DNA of 64,000 nucleotides from Eledone cirrhosa (GCA_964016885.1 OZ024746.1:13392001-13456000), one strand, 5' to 3'; shown: positions 1-23,100, counted from the stretch's first letter. A program made the numbers and translations. Notes: generated by a model not told the origin, from the letters alone.

Positions 1-923
1 ATTATTTTGAATAGACATCAATAAATATAAATGTTCATTTAAATACAAAAAAAACGAATCAATATATGTTTGTTTACTTCTTAAAAACTCAAAGCTTTTG
101 TTTTTTTCTGGCACAACTACAGACCTTTTTCATAATCTATATTTTAAATGAAATTTTACTGAGGTACATTTTATTAGTGAAAAAAAAAAAAATCGCAATT
201 CATTATTGTAGAAATGACATTATATTCCTGTAATCAACATCTTCGATTAATCTACGTCTTCGAAAACGCTATCTCTGTAAAATATCATTAAAAATATGAA
301 TTATTAAGTTATAAAGAAACAAAGTCGGAAGAGGGGGGGGGGGGGGGGGGCATTAAGTTATGTCCATTTTTATTTTTTTCCTTGATAAACCTCGTAAGAT
401 ACATTTACTATGTTTTCTTACAATCTTAACTCATACTTCGCAATAGAATAAGGGTTATGACCGCATGGACGAGTATACAAAGTGTTCCCCACTTTATCAC
501 ACTCTGAGACTCAATATCTATTCTCAATATATTGTGGTAGTTCTTAGAAAATTTACAACTGACATTGTTTATTGAGTTTAATTTTAGTCATGAAATTAAT
601 AGAAATATTTGTTATAAAATTCTCCAGGATATTCTTTTTGATATATTTTACTTCATATATAATTAAATGAAGCACGAGATTCGTTCAGAAAATGTTTTTC
701 GACTCATAGTTTTAATGATTAGATAAATACGACGTAGAAAAATCTTCGCTTCACCTTGCGTATTTAGTCGATAAACAAAAAGCATGAAAGAAAATATTTA
801 CTTATACTTTCACTATTTAATAATCATTTACAGTAAAACACCATAAAGATGTCATATTTATTCCTCTATATAATATAGATCCCATAATTTTCTATTTTTT
901 AAATTTCCGCCTGTCAAACAATG

Positions 924-1192
924 CTACAACGGTTACCGTTATTTTCAGTTATTCCCCTTGATAGGTAGTGTTTCTATTTATTGTCGCTAGAGTGCGAGTT
1001 AGATCTACTTTCTGATTGGTTATTAAACTACCATCCGCTGTCTCAGGCTTACTACAACCGATTACTGTAATTATTTCAGTTATCGCCCTTGATAGGTTGA
1101 GTGTTTCTATTTATTGCCGGTAGAGTGAGAGTTAGATCTACTTTCTGATTGGTTATTATACTACCTTCAACTGTCTCAGTCTTACTACAACC
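924..1192 (+). promoter_or_regulatory. Tandemly duplicated (~130 bp x2) proximal promoter/5'UTR of hnRNP A/B gene 1
   Basis: Units 924-1051 and 1052-1184 are similar; both carry GAGTTAGATCTACTTTCTGATTGGTTATTA (reverse CCAAT at 1015-1019 and 1148-1152). ACTACAA motifs at 1051 and 1184. The block ends ~10 nt before ATG 1203. Confidence 0.7.
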
Positions 1193-1202
1193 GGTCGTTA
1201 TA

Positions 1203-11020
<9,818 letters not shown>

Positions 11021-11149
11021 AATTATTTCCAGCAGCGACTTAACATTCAGGTATTTCAGGCTTTCAATTCTTTTGTGTGATTGAGAGTGTTTCAAATTAA
11101 TATATTTTAGGCAGTTTAGTATATATATATATATATATATATATATCTA

Positions 11150-11188
<39 letters not shown>

Positions 11189-12670
11189 CTTAGAGCAAGT
11201 AATAGGGTGTTTTTAAAAACTTTTTTTTTTTTCAATTTTCATATGTCTTTTAGGAGAATATATCATAATATAAGGATAATGTTACTGGAGAGGATTTTAC
11301 AACTAAGTATTGCCTAAAGATATTTAACTTTCATTTCAAAAATATTAGAATGTTAAAATAGATTGCAGTATAGTAAGGTGGTAGTTTAGGTACTTTCGTT
11401 AACAGGCTACATGAAGTTCAAGTGGAATAATGATTAGCCTATATTAGTAACTTGATAAACTATATTTGTATCTTGTTAGTCAGTGTATAGTTTTCTAGAG
11501 ATGATATTTTTTAAATGCATTTAAATATTAATCTGTTTTATTTGATATGTTTAGGCAGGCTTTACAGTGCAGAAACGGAGGCAGCTAGCTTGAATTGTAC
11601 TTAGTGTAACCGTGGAGACAGGCAAGAGGCAAATGTAGTAGTACTGAGGAGACACAAGAGGCAGGATTGTACTTAGTGTTACCAAGGAAATGGGCAGAAG
11701 CAGAATGGTGGCTCTCAAAGAAGACCACTGTAAATTTAAAAAAAAAGTTAAAAGATGCAATAAAAAAGAAGAAACTACAGAAAAAAACACTTGGTAGCAA
11801 GCATTGATCATCATTTTACAATTTTAAGACAATTTTCAACTGACTATAGTATAAGGACCCCTATTTGACCATAGTTAACAGTTTATGGCTCGGACATTTT
11901 ATAGTGTAGAAGTGGGGTGTGTAAGCTAGATTATTTGAAAACTAAATATTTAGGAATCACCTCGATTTATTGGCAAACAGATAAATTATGAACTTGATGG
12001 CTTAGTTATATTTTAACTTGACATTGTCCCTTGCTCGGCATAATACATCAATATATACAAAGAAGATATACAAAGAAAAGCATTGGTCAGGTTGAATATT
12101 ATGTTTTAATGTAATACTGTCAAGTATGTTGATGGTATTTAATGTTTTCTTCTAACTTTGCTGACTTACTTAGTACTCCACAATAGAACCTGCAATATAA
12201 AAGGTGCTAGAGCTAGTAGTGCAAAACTAGTTTCTTTGTCAACTGTTGATGGTTTCCTTGAATGTTGAGTTCAGCTTGGTGGCTACAAAAACAACAATGG
12301 ACTTTCCGTATTTTTTCAAATATATTTGTTGTGTTCTTCATTCTTCACATAGTGTATTAAGTCACATGTTATTGTGAAAAACATGTTTTGTGATGCTTTA
12401 GATTCTGGTCTTTCACTACTTATTTCTACAGGTCTTAAATGGACAGTGTTAACAATCTTCTGTAAAAATGCAGAATATTTGAACATTGTCTTTCAGACAC
12501 TTCCATAGTTTGTAAATGTTTTTGATACAAACCATTATGTCATAACTGATTTTTTTCTAGTCAGTTATCAAACAACTGTCATTTTCATCGAACTGCAGTA
12601 AAATTTGCATGTATCCATTTTTTTTAAAACTTTCTTTTTCCTCCCTATAAAATAAAATATTAAAAATTAG
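11021..12670 (+). other. Spliced 3'UTR of gene 1
   Basis: Donor CAG|GTATTT after 11050; tandem acceptors TAG|GCAG|G at 11554/11558; AATAAA at 12651-12656. Confidence 0.7.
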
Positions 12671-14702
12671 TTCTTGAGAATGTGTTATTTCTGTTTATAT
12701 AGAATTGGGTATACATTAAGAAAACGTCTGCTTATTGTGGAAGTCTAAACCATCTAAAATTATAGTAGCAATTACTATTTTCTACAGATACATAAATATT
12801 CAAATCAAGATAAATTTTTATTTTTGAAATTTTTCTTCTTCTCTAATTGAAGGAAGTTCCAAATCATGAGAAATACGTAATTTTGTAAGAATTGTTTTAA
12901 TCCCTGGATTTAATTCTAAAACATGCATAAATGAAATACAGTTTTCAATTTTAGCAAGTGCTGTACAAGTTTGTGTTGAGATGTTAGCTTTTTATGAAAT
13001 TCTGTAGATTGAAATATAGAAAAGTCTAACTCTTTAAAGCATACGGCATATCAATTATATATATAATTTCTTGGATTAAAATAATTTATATTTCTAGGTA
13101 TTGATTTCTCTGACAAGGCTCTTGAAATTGTAGCTTATTGCTGTTGCAAGCTTTCATAAAAAATGGGGATTGTATTAGCTTGTGTGCATGACTACTTGTA
13201 GTAAGCTACAATTTTTAGAGGAACTTGCACAGCTGATAGGGAATTTAGAGATCAATGTTTCTGTTGATGAACTTCCGTTGTTTTTTTCCATAGGTTGTAT
13301 CTGGGTAATGTAAATGGAGTAATTTTATATTAATATATCTGACTTCCATAAGTATCAGCACTAGGATATATTCCAACATAAATTTTGTTGCACTGAGCAC
13401 CAGTTGACTATTTTCTGTATTAGCTAAATAAAATGTAAACATTAAAAAAAATTTTTGTTTCCCATTCAGCTATAACGATTGACTTTGTATAAATATATTA
13501 AATTCCATAATGCTGTGTTGCATAGTTATAGTGACATTGATTTGGTAATATATCTTTAATATGTCCAACCCATGCAAACATGGAAAAGAGGACGTAAAAT
13601 AACCATGATGGTGATTGTATTTTATCAATTTCTTCTCGTAGATTGTTAGAAAAATACCCATAACAATTTTAAAATCAACTTAGAAAGGTTGGCTACATAA
13701 AGTATGTTGGAATGCATCCAGTTTGGGTTATCTTTTTGTAAACCTTATTTGAAAATAATTATATATCACAAGTTTCTTCGTAAAATGCTCTTTTAATGCA
13801 AACATGGTACCTTTTAAAGTTTATTTTGTAGGGAAATTACTATAATAGCATATTTTAAAAGATGTTACTAAACATTGAAAATGTGTACTTCAGATTTCAT
13901 CATAGCAATTTCAAAAGTCATAACTTATTTTCCACTGCTGATAGATCTGGTATCTGCCTTATATTAAAAACTTCATTAGATCAGGTACATTGAGTTTAAA
14001 ATTTAATTGTATGTTTCATTTATTGATGCATAGCTTTTTCTTCGTTAGCTTTTTTTTTTTTTTGTGTGTGTGTGTGTATATATATATATTTATACACATA
14101 CACACACGCATATATGTATGTATATATATATATATATGTATATGTATATTATATATATATGTATATTATATATATAGTAAAACAATTTTATCATAAACAG
14201 CAGTGCTTCAACTTGAATATATTTTCTAAAGTTATCAATTTCAGTTCTGCAGTTGCTCTGTTGTAAGAGTAACTGTTCATTTGAATATTTCCAAGAAACT
14301 GGTTAATTTTTTAGCATAACTTTATACTGTTATGAGATTTCTAAATATTTCTTTGCAGAATATTGAAATATTTCAACTGAAAATGTTTCCTGGTTTTTAT
14401 TTAAGCACTGCATATTTAGATTGATTGATAAAAACTTATGTCTCAAGTTTGTGTGTCATGACGACATTATAGTATAACCTCTGCAATATAGAGTTTTCTG
14501 TTGTGGGAGAACACAGGATTTTAGAAAGAATTGGTTTTGTACAGCAGTATTAGGTAACAGTTTTATGAACAGAAAATGATTGTTGGCATAGTTAGTTGCT
14601 TTTTGACAGTCAGAAAAAAAAATATCCTTCATGGATGATCATGGGGAAAAAAATGTCTAATGATCATCTCAGTGACAGTATAGTTAGTTTTTGCTTGAAC
14701 AG

Positions 14703-17700
14703 GATTTTGGCATGTATAACCCTTCAACTCACAAGATAGCTTAAAGTGTCAAGTTGCAGCCATGGAAAAGACACCTTTAAGTGCAGGTAAGATAGGATTT
14801 TAGTAAATTCCAACTTTTAGATTAGACTGTTAATTGTTTCCTAATTATTGGTTGCTTGTATTCGTTTAATAGTTATAAAGAGAAAATGGGATTTTCTGTA
14901 GTTTCTGGTAAGAAATGTCTGTCAGGTAAACTTTTCAATGAGGTTTCCTTATCCAGCTGATTGTTTGTGATTTATCAAGATCTACATGTACTTTCGGCTT
15001 AGTTTAATGACAATTTATTTAGAAAAATCATTTTATAATACTTTTTATAGTAGCCATGAACTTTTTCATGTTTACCTGGTATAAATTTGTTGAAAGAAAA
15101 TCTCACTGAATAGTTAACACACAAATTTTTCTTTTTTTCCAAGATCTACATATGGTTTATAGTCAGTGTGACAGTTTGTAAATCTCTTCATTGAGATAAT
15201 TAGCATTTAAAATTTGTGAGCAGCAGAGTAGTTTAGTGACTGATAAGAACTTGGTAAACTGTATAAGATCAGTCAAGAATCAGTAAATGTTAATTCTGTA
15301 TTGAATATTGTCTCAGTATAGAGGATTATAAAATTTAGGAAATTGTGAGAAATCTTTGATCATTTCAATCATTTTGTACCAAAAAGCTTAAATATATTTT
15401 TAATTTTTTATAGTTTGGTTCATCTCGCAGAAGAGTCAAAGAAGTGAATTTGTGATTAGCCCAGGTGAGTAGCATTTAATTTTTTCCATTTTCTTAGTAT
15501 GAACTTATTTGGAAATTCCCATATTCGCTTGCTTTTAAAAAATTTGAAAAAATCAACTGTAAAATATAAATTGGACCCCTATTTTACCATCAATTTATTT
15601 TGGCACATGTTTCTTGGCTTATATGCATGTATATATGACTCATAGGCACAAACGTGGCTGTATGATTGAGTTCACTTTGCAACCACTTGGTTCTGGATTG
15701 TCTCACTGTGTAGTACTTAAGGCCAGTCTTCTATAACCTTGGGTTGACCTATGCTTTGTGAGTGGAATTTGGTAGGCAGAAACTGCAGAAGCCCATAGTA
15801 TGTCTGTCTATTTCTCAGTGGTTCAATAATAATACAAATTTCTGACTTCATATTAAATTAAACTACAAAATCAAATATGTTGTAAGTTTGTATTGTTTTG
15901 CCTTTTAATTATGATTCTCTACACAGCACACTCCTAGAATAGAAGCAATGGAGCATCAGTTGGTAAAAGGAAACAGTTATGGGTTTGACTGTTGAATTTG
16001 CTGTGCTGGGTTGTTTTAATCATGCCAATACTTATTACTGGTTCATTGGCTTAAGTTGTATGTGGCGGTGGTGGTGATTCCACTGTTTTGTAGAGTATAA
16101 ACGTATTAAATATGTAGTTTTCCCTTTTTATACAGTTCTATACGTTGATACATGCATGATGGAACACACATGTGGCAGTATTTCTGCTAATCAAAAAATA
16201 ATTATTGGTATTGATATGATTGAGTTAATCAAGGCAGTGACTCCAGTATGGCTTCAGTTTAAAAGAATATGTTAATCTAAATATTTTATACCTTTCCTAG
16301 AATTGTGCTGCTAATTAGATTTAGCTGATATACTGCACTTATTGTATTCATCATTTTTCCATGCTTGTTTGGGTTGGACGAATCCTTCTCAGCACAGCAT
16401 CTCTCCACTCATTGCAATTTGAAGTCAGCTCTCAACACCCTCTGCCCAGGTCTACTTTTACTGCAGCTTTCTTCCAGTGGCACTTCACTGATGCACATCA
16501 CGATGTCCGTACCAACAGTCTTCTTTCTTACAAACCACTTTGGATTTCTCTTAAACCCAAACCCAGTTTAATCAAAGCTCTCCCAGTCACATGCACTGTT
16601 TCTACTTTTTGTTACTCTTATTCTGAACAGGTTGCATACTTTGTTTATTTTTAGCCTAAAATCCCAGTTCCAATTTAATTGTATTGTTCTTAGCAGTCCA
16701 AGAGAGCCTGTAAATGTAATGGCCACTAATGAGCTCATTAAATATCAAAGCAATACTGTTCCAAATAAGTTGTCAGTGTTAGCAGGTTTTTTTTTAATGT
16801 ATTCTTTTAATTTTTATATTCATGTAATTATTAAATATTTGATCAAAATAAACATTTTGCTTAAGACAGTTGATGCCTTTCATTCTCAATGTCTTCATAT
16901 TCCAGCTTGACAAAAATATCTTAATGACTGAGGCCTAATTTAGAGGGAATTGACAGCTGTTATATCTAGGAATATAAAATCAAATCCCAGTTTTTGTAGG
17001 CAACATTTTAAATATCATTAGGGATATATTTATAAATTTTAACTGAATTTTATCTATATTTACATGGCTTTAATATTAACTGACAATTGTCATCAAATAT
17101 GGCTTAGCTATTGGAATGTACTTTCATCATGAATTGGTTTTCTAACAATGTTTATTTGTTTCCTTCTCATGTTTAATGAATTTTTTTTTAACATAGGCAC
17201 ATCAAGAATTTGGTGGCTAGATGAATAGTCAATTATATTGACCCTAGTTCACGACTGGTACTTTATTTTATCAACCCTGTAAGAATGAAATGCTAAGAGC
17301 CTAAATAAAATTTAGTGGTGTATTTTGTCTGATTCTGCCAATCTCATTTAATAATTTTAATAAAAGATTAATATTGAATGTGTATATTGAGTAAATGTGA
17401 TTTGTCAATTCTATTTCTTTTAATTGTAATCATTTATGACACTATTGTTGAAGGGAAGCAACCGAAATAGTTTGTCTACCAAATTTAACTCTAAATAGCG
17501 AAGTTCATTAATTACTGTGAGACGATTTATGTAGAGAAAATTAAAATGTTTTATGGATTTATTGAAGATGATGTATCCACATTTTGTCTTGGCAAACCAT
17601 GCTGTGATATCTGAAGCTAGAATTGAAGACTTCTGCAAGTTCAGTTCCAACAGAAATCAATTTAATTATATTAATTGTGATATGAAGGTAATTTATTAAT

Positions 17701-18016
17701 GGTTTCCGATTTATAAACATTACATAAGTACCAGTAATACACTGGGTAATTGCTGGCCTTGTGCCAAAAGTAGAAACAATTACATATAGCCTCAGTTGAT
17801 TGAGTGAAAATTTTATAGTTTTCCATTTCTTTAAAATATAATATTGCTATGGCTGAACTGTTTCACTTATATTTTAATATTGAAATGTACTTTATCCTAC
17901 CCTATTTAAACAATCTTTTTTTTTTTCCTTTGACTCTAGCTCAACGCTTTGATGAGGTGAAGATTTATTCATGAAGGCAGGATTGACTGTACATAAAACT
18001 TTTTATAACAAATAAA
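14703..18016 (+). other. Candidate distal non-coding 3' exons of gene 1 (14703-14786, 15414-15464, 17940-~18030)
   Basis: Pyrimidine tract+AG acceptors, strong donors CAG|GTAAGA and CAG|GTGAGT, AATAAA at 18011-18016. No ORF. Confidence 0.45.
15643..15800 (+). mobile_element. Degenerate tRNA-derived SINE (related copy at ~36710-36870)
   Basis: The two copies share TAGGCA..GGCTGT..TTTGCAACCAC..GGTTCT..TTGTGAG..AATTTGGTAG..GAAACTG..AAGCC. Confidence 0.6.
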
Positions 18017-19439
18017 CATCTATTTTTCTACAAATGTCTTGAATTTTTTTTAAATATTTATTTTGCTGAGAAAGCAAAGGGTTGCAAATGTACCTATTCC
18101 TCCCAATGCTACATTTTGATGATCCAACGAGTAAACTTATATTCAATAGTCTGGTTTGTATTAGAGATTGCAGGTGCAGGCAAAATCATACTTTAGAGCA
18201 ACTAATTACATTTGCTTTCCATTATGGCGGAACATTAATTATATTAGCAGTTGATCTAGGTACTGTAAACTTTCAGAATGTTTAAAAAAAAAAAGCTTGA
18301 TCAAACAATTTGCTGTATTTGACGGTATATAAAACACACACACTGGAATGGTGTTTACAGGTCAGCTACATGGATGTGCTGGACATTTGAGGCTTCCCCT
18401 CTTATGGTAAAGATGTTCGCTGCAGTTTGATAGAACACCAAAGTGGACGTCTTAACCATCACCACCCACAGCACGAGACAAGTCTGGCCAGTTGGCTGCT
18501 CCAAACCTTGCACAGACGGAATTGTAAATATGGCCTCGATGCCCTTTCTTACACCAAGATTTTATATATTGAAGGAAAAAAAATCTGAAAACAGGTTAAA
18601 ACCATGCTATTTACATGAAAGGTCATTTAATGAGTTTACAGTATAGACAAATAGCACCAGTGCTTTGCAAAAATAAATCAATTACAATATATAAAAATAT
18701 GCAAGAGAAAATGAACTCTGAAGATTTCTACACACGTTATGGTTTATTGACTCTTTTCACTTACATGTTTCACAAAGACAAACTGATGGGTTAAAAAGGG
18801 TGGGTGTGACCTTGATGTACAGCTAAGATTATAACAATACATCCTTATTTTATCCTACATTTTTCCTAATGTCAGTATAAGTCATGCAACAGTATAGCTA
18901 AACTAAAATTTAAAAAAAGGAAAAAAGACAATGTCTTGGATATGTTGGCCTACAATGTTAGAGTAATCGGATCTGAAATATGATGTACTAGATTAGCTTC
19001 CTTAATGACATGCCAGTTTCAATATGTAAAGCTTGTTTGACTATCACGTAGTATGTGAAGTCGACAAAATTACATATTGTACATTTTAATGGTCAGGCTT
19101 TCTTAACCGAGAACTAGTGTAAATCATTAGAACTTGACGGTATAATAGTAGTACTAAGAGAAAAAAAATAATTACAGAAAAATGAAAAACAGAAATTTGA
19201 ATTAAATCGTTAAAAATATTCGTAAGACGTTGTACCGGATGTTGCAGTAATTTATACGCATACGGAATAATCAACTATCTTTATAATGTTAAGAATGTGA
19301 AATAAACGTTGAATTTCATTTAAATGAAAGCATCCTAATATCGGAAAAACCGAATAGCATTACAACTAAACTTATAAGATATTATTTATTTCTCATAGAT
19401 TAAATTATTCGACCATTCTCAGTAAAATGTATCACTTGG

Positions 19440-19560
19440 TATAGTCGCCAAGAAAGACCGTTACTTGACACGTCATCGAAAACCAACCAATCAGAAAGCA
19501 GACAGTCTTCAGACCGGCTCTGTACAACTACAATTAACATTACGCCATTCGTGCACTATA
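19440..19560 (-). promoter_or_regulatory. Orphan promoter-like module (CCAAT + CRE/UPRE-type TGACGTG + ACTACAA)
   Basis: 19485-19502 reverse-complements to TCTGCTTTCTGATTGGTT, 17/18 identical to gene 1 promoter 1137-1154. 19465-19478 gives CGATGACGTGTCAA, 13/14 identical to gene 3 promoter 49722-49735. Locally CpG-rich. Confidence 0.55.
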
Positions 19561-20159
19561 CCTTAAGGGATGGCCTTAATTGTAAATTTATGGTTGACCA
19601 CTGGTAGTACTATGCCCCAGAATAAACATGGCTACACATATCGCTATACACTGTCTGTTAGTGCAGTTATTTGATTTTTTTTTTCAAACGAAACTTATTT
19701 AAAAATAAGAAATAACGATACAGCAATTATTTTTCAATTTTTTGGTTTTAAAAGGGTAATTTAAAAACTTTGTGAAAGATCTAAATGTAATTTCCTGGTA
19801 TCCTTCACTTGCTAGCTTGTTTTCCATCAGCCCAGTTACATATTTGACACTTAATAGTCCTTTATCCTCTACTCTTAAGGGCTTTGAAACGGTTGTACTT
19901 TAATAATACATTAGGTGGAAATAATCCACTGTCTATGGTTTGGAATACCGACAAGTTAAAGTCTAAAAATACGTTGTGGCTTCTTTTTCTTTGGATTTTT
20001 TTGTTTGTTTTTTAATAAGTTGATAAGATTTTTCTAGAACTCTTAAGTAGGTACCCTTAATTAGACCTACTATTTGACAATCATTACCTTTCATGGGGGA
20101 AAATAGCGATCATTTAAGGTGAATTCTTTTAAAAGTATTCAAACTGTGGGAAAAAAAAG

Positions 20160-23100
20160 AAAAAAGAAAAAAAAAAGCGATTTTTATTAGAACCAGCATG
20201 GGAGTAGCTGGCTTGGAACCAACAATTAGTTTTTGTTTTATGTGTATATATAAATATATATATACTAAGTACTGACATAGACAATTATTCCTATCATTAA
20301 ATACCTATTGAATGAAGTTCTCATAAGGTGGAGCACAAATACCTCACGTGCATCATGTAATATATCTTACATATACATGTAGTATATACATCATGTTTTA
20401 ACGCAAAATAATTCCCACTCCAAGTCACGTTTATTCTTCCAGTAGGTTTATATAGATTTTATTTTGAGTGAAAACTAACTTTAAACCTTAACTCTATTAT
20501 AATAATCTGATTAGCAGCAAAGTATAACTTGATTTGTTAGATTAATTAAAGAATTTATTGGAAAGTTACTTACTTTTAAAGCATTTATAGAAATGATTAG
20601 AACTGAAGATATCAAGAATAGTATAGATAAGGTCAGGCAATAGAATCGACCAGATTTTTGGCATTCTAAGTAAAGCTGGATTACTTTGAGGCAAATAACA
20701 CAGCAATGACTTGAATAGCCTCCTTGTATTGAAGATCTAAGAGACATTTCAATACATCAAACACAATAAATATATATACATATCGTATGTATATATATAT
20801 ATGCACTTGTAAATTAGTGTATAACTTATAAAGAGTTGGACTCTAGAAGAGAATGAATTTGGAACTAATGTTGGTTACAGAATAGATAAAAATAAAATAA
20901 ATGAATGAATGAACGAATTGACATAGGTTGGACAAATCCTCCAGTCATCATGATAGTTTACAGTTGTCTTTTGAGGAACTGGTTTGTCTTTAAGTGCACA
21001 ATTGCACTCTATGTACAGGACCAAACAATTTGTCAAGGAGACAAAAATCCCATCATTAGTGAGGAATATGTTGCTTCCATCGGTTGGTTGTACTGACGAA
21101 GAAACAATTGCCAGTAGTAATTCTCTTTTCCCCAGCTGGTTCATAAAACATCAGTTTTCAATTGACAGTTTTTCCCTTCATTTTAATTTGCTTTGCGAGC
21201 TGAATTGCTTGCAAGACAAATGTTAATAGTTCACCAATATCAAACTGATCATCTGCTTTCTGATGACATAAGCAGTACTAAATGGATCCCCTGCATGTAT
21301 TCCTATGAACCACATGTTGATGGTAAGTTGACAGGTTGGCTCTAGTGCGGGGAGGCTGTTGCTCCATTGCAGGGTTGTTGGAACAGCAGGACAGACACAC
21401 ATGCCTGGCATTGCCAACTACCATAGACATACACCGTTTCAGGAGGCCTTCTTCTTGTTTGGAACTGACCACGTATCCAGCTATATTGTAATACACAAAA
21501 TAGAGGAGTATCATTGGTAACCATGTCTGAAAGAGATCAAATGTTATCACTGGCCATGTTTCCAACTGGCCAATGTATCCAACTATAATACACAATGACA
21601 AAGGAGAATCAAGCCTGAAAGAGAACAAATGATATTACTAATATTTTGAGGACAAAAATTGATAAAACTGGAAATTAAGCTTTCAATTTCCACATTAATA
21701 GTATCTGAAACAAGATAGAAATAATTAAAAATACTGATTTCTTTTCCTACCTCTCATTGAATGAATTTTAATGTATATGTTAAATATATCAATGTAGTAA
21801 TTCTAAAATTAACAACTATAAGTTACCAAACTTTTTTAATTAAAAGGTAAATACTTAAATTAGCGATTTATTTGAAAATTTCATAATTCCAGTTTTACTA
21901 ACAAATTAAAACTATAACTTTACTTAGTGAAGACAATGAAATTAGATTTACAAGTCTTTTTAAACACAATATATTCATATTATCACAGAGAAATGAAGAA
22001 TCATTAATTTTCGTGTAATATATTTTAATACTAGTAAAATATGTACAAACAATTTTTTTAGTCTTATCACAAGTTAAGGACAATGTCCACAACCCTAATT
22101 TTTAATCACTCAGCCACTTCATTTTTCTATCTTATATATTTGTCTAGAAAATCAAATACTGGTTGAGAGAGAAAAGGAGGAACCTCACAGACCTAGCCTG
22201 AATACTTTCAACAGATTGTGCTAAAGGTAGCAATGGGTTAGGTGATGGTGTTAAGCTGGGTGACAGTTTAAGTCTACCATCCATATTTAATAGTAAAATT
22301 TAGACCTACACTACAAAATTCAGTGAAGCATGACCCTATGGCTACACAAGTAATTGACATTATTTGCTATCACTCTACAATCTTTTACAACAATGTAGCT
22401 ACCATATAAAAGCTACATTTAGAAATTATTCTCAAAATGATGCATACATACTCAAAACCTCATCCTTTCATAATTTTTGGATTCCACTGCCAAATTACAA
22501 CAGAATTTCTGTGTAAAAACAATATTTTGGAAAACTAAACACAAATAGAATAAAGTTTTAAAGAAATACAATTCAGCAATATACAACAATTATACAAAGG
22601 AACTCTTGCATGTAACAGATGTATGGCACAATAAACTAATTAATAAGCTAAGATAGAAATAATAAATTAACAAATGTGATTGTTTGAACTTCCTTATTTT
22701 TTATTCTTTATGGTTAAACTACATTGTACATAAAATCTATGGCCAAATAACAGATTTTTTTTCATGACTTAAGAAATAAAGACATCTGCATTAGGCTTAT
22801 CTCTCACGCATCATCAGTCTATACATTACCTTACTCGATATATCTTTACCTCTTAACAAACATTACTAGATAACATGGACTCAAAAAAGGATAGAGATAG
22901 CTGGACAAAGAGTTAGTGTGTGTAAATATTTAAAGAATTTTAAATATATAATGGAAGAATGGAATGCCAGGGATTATGATTAACTCTTTCATTACCATAT
23001 CTTTAACAACTTTTAATTCATTTTGAAAATAATCAAGAATTTGGAGCGATTTAGTAATAAAACTAACTTTCTCATTATTAAAGTTGATTTTTGAAACATA

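Noticed and set aside
13266-13342. TGATGA...CTGA with snoRNA-like spacing
   Set aside because: No terminal stem, and the guide position is low-complexity AT sequence.
13990-14266. Y/I/V/C-rich short ORFs (also 45658-45840)
   Set aside because: Translations of TA/TG microsatellites.
18326-18550. Possible 7SK-like RNA (TATA, GGATGTG start, CCCTTTCTT end)
   Set aside because: Lacks the paired GATC motifs and the ACATCC complement; TATA spacing is wrong.
21223-21628. 116-aa and overlapping minus ORFs
   Set aside because: No recognisable domain; follows an acceptor downstream of the gene 2 stop, so best read as a 3'UTR exon.
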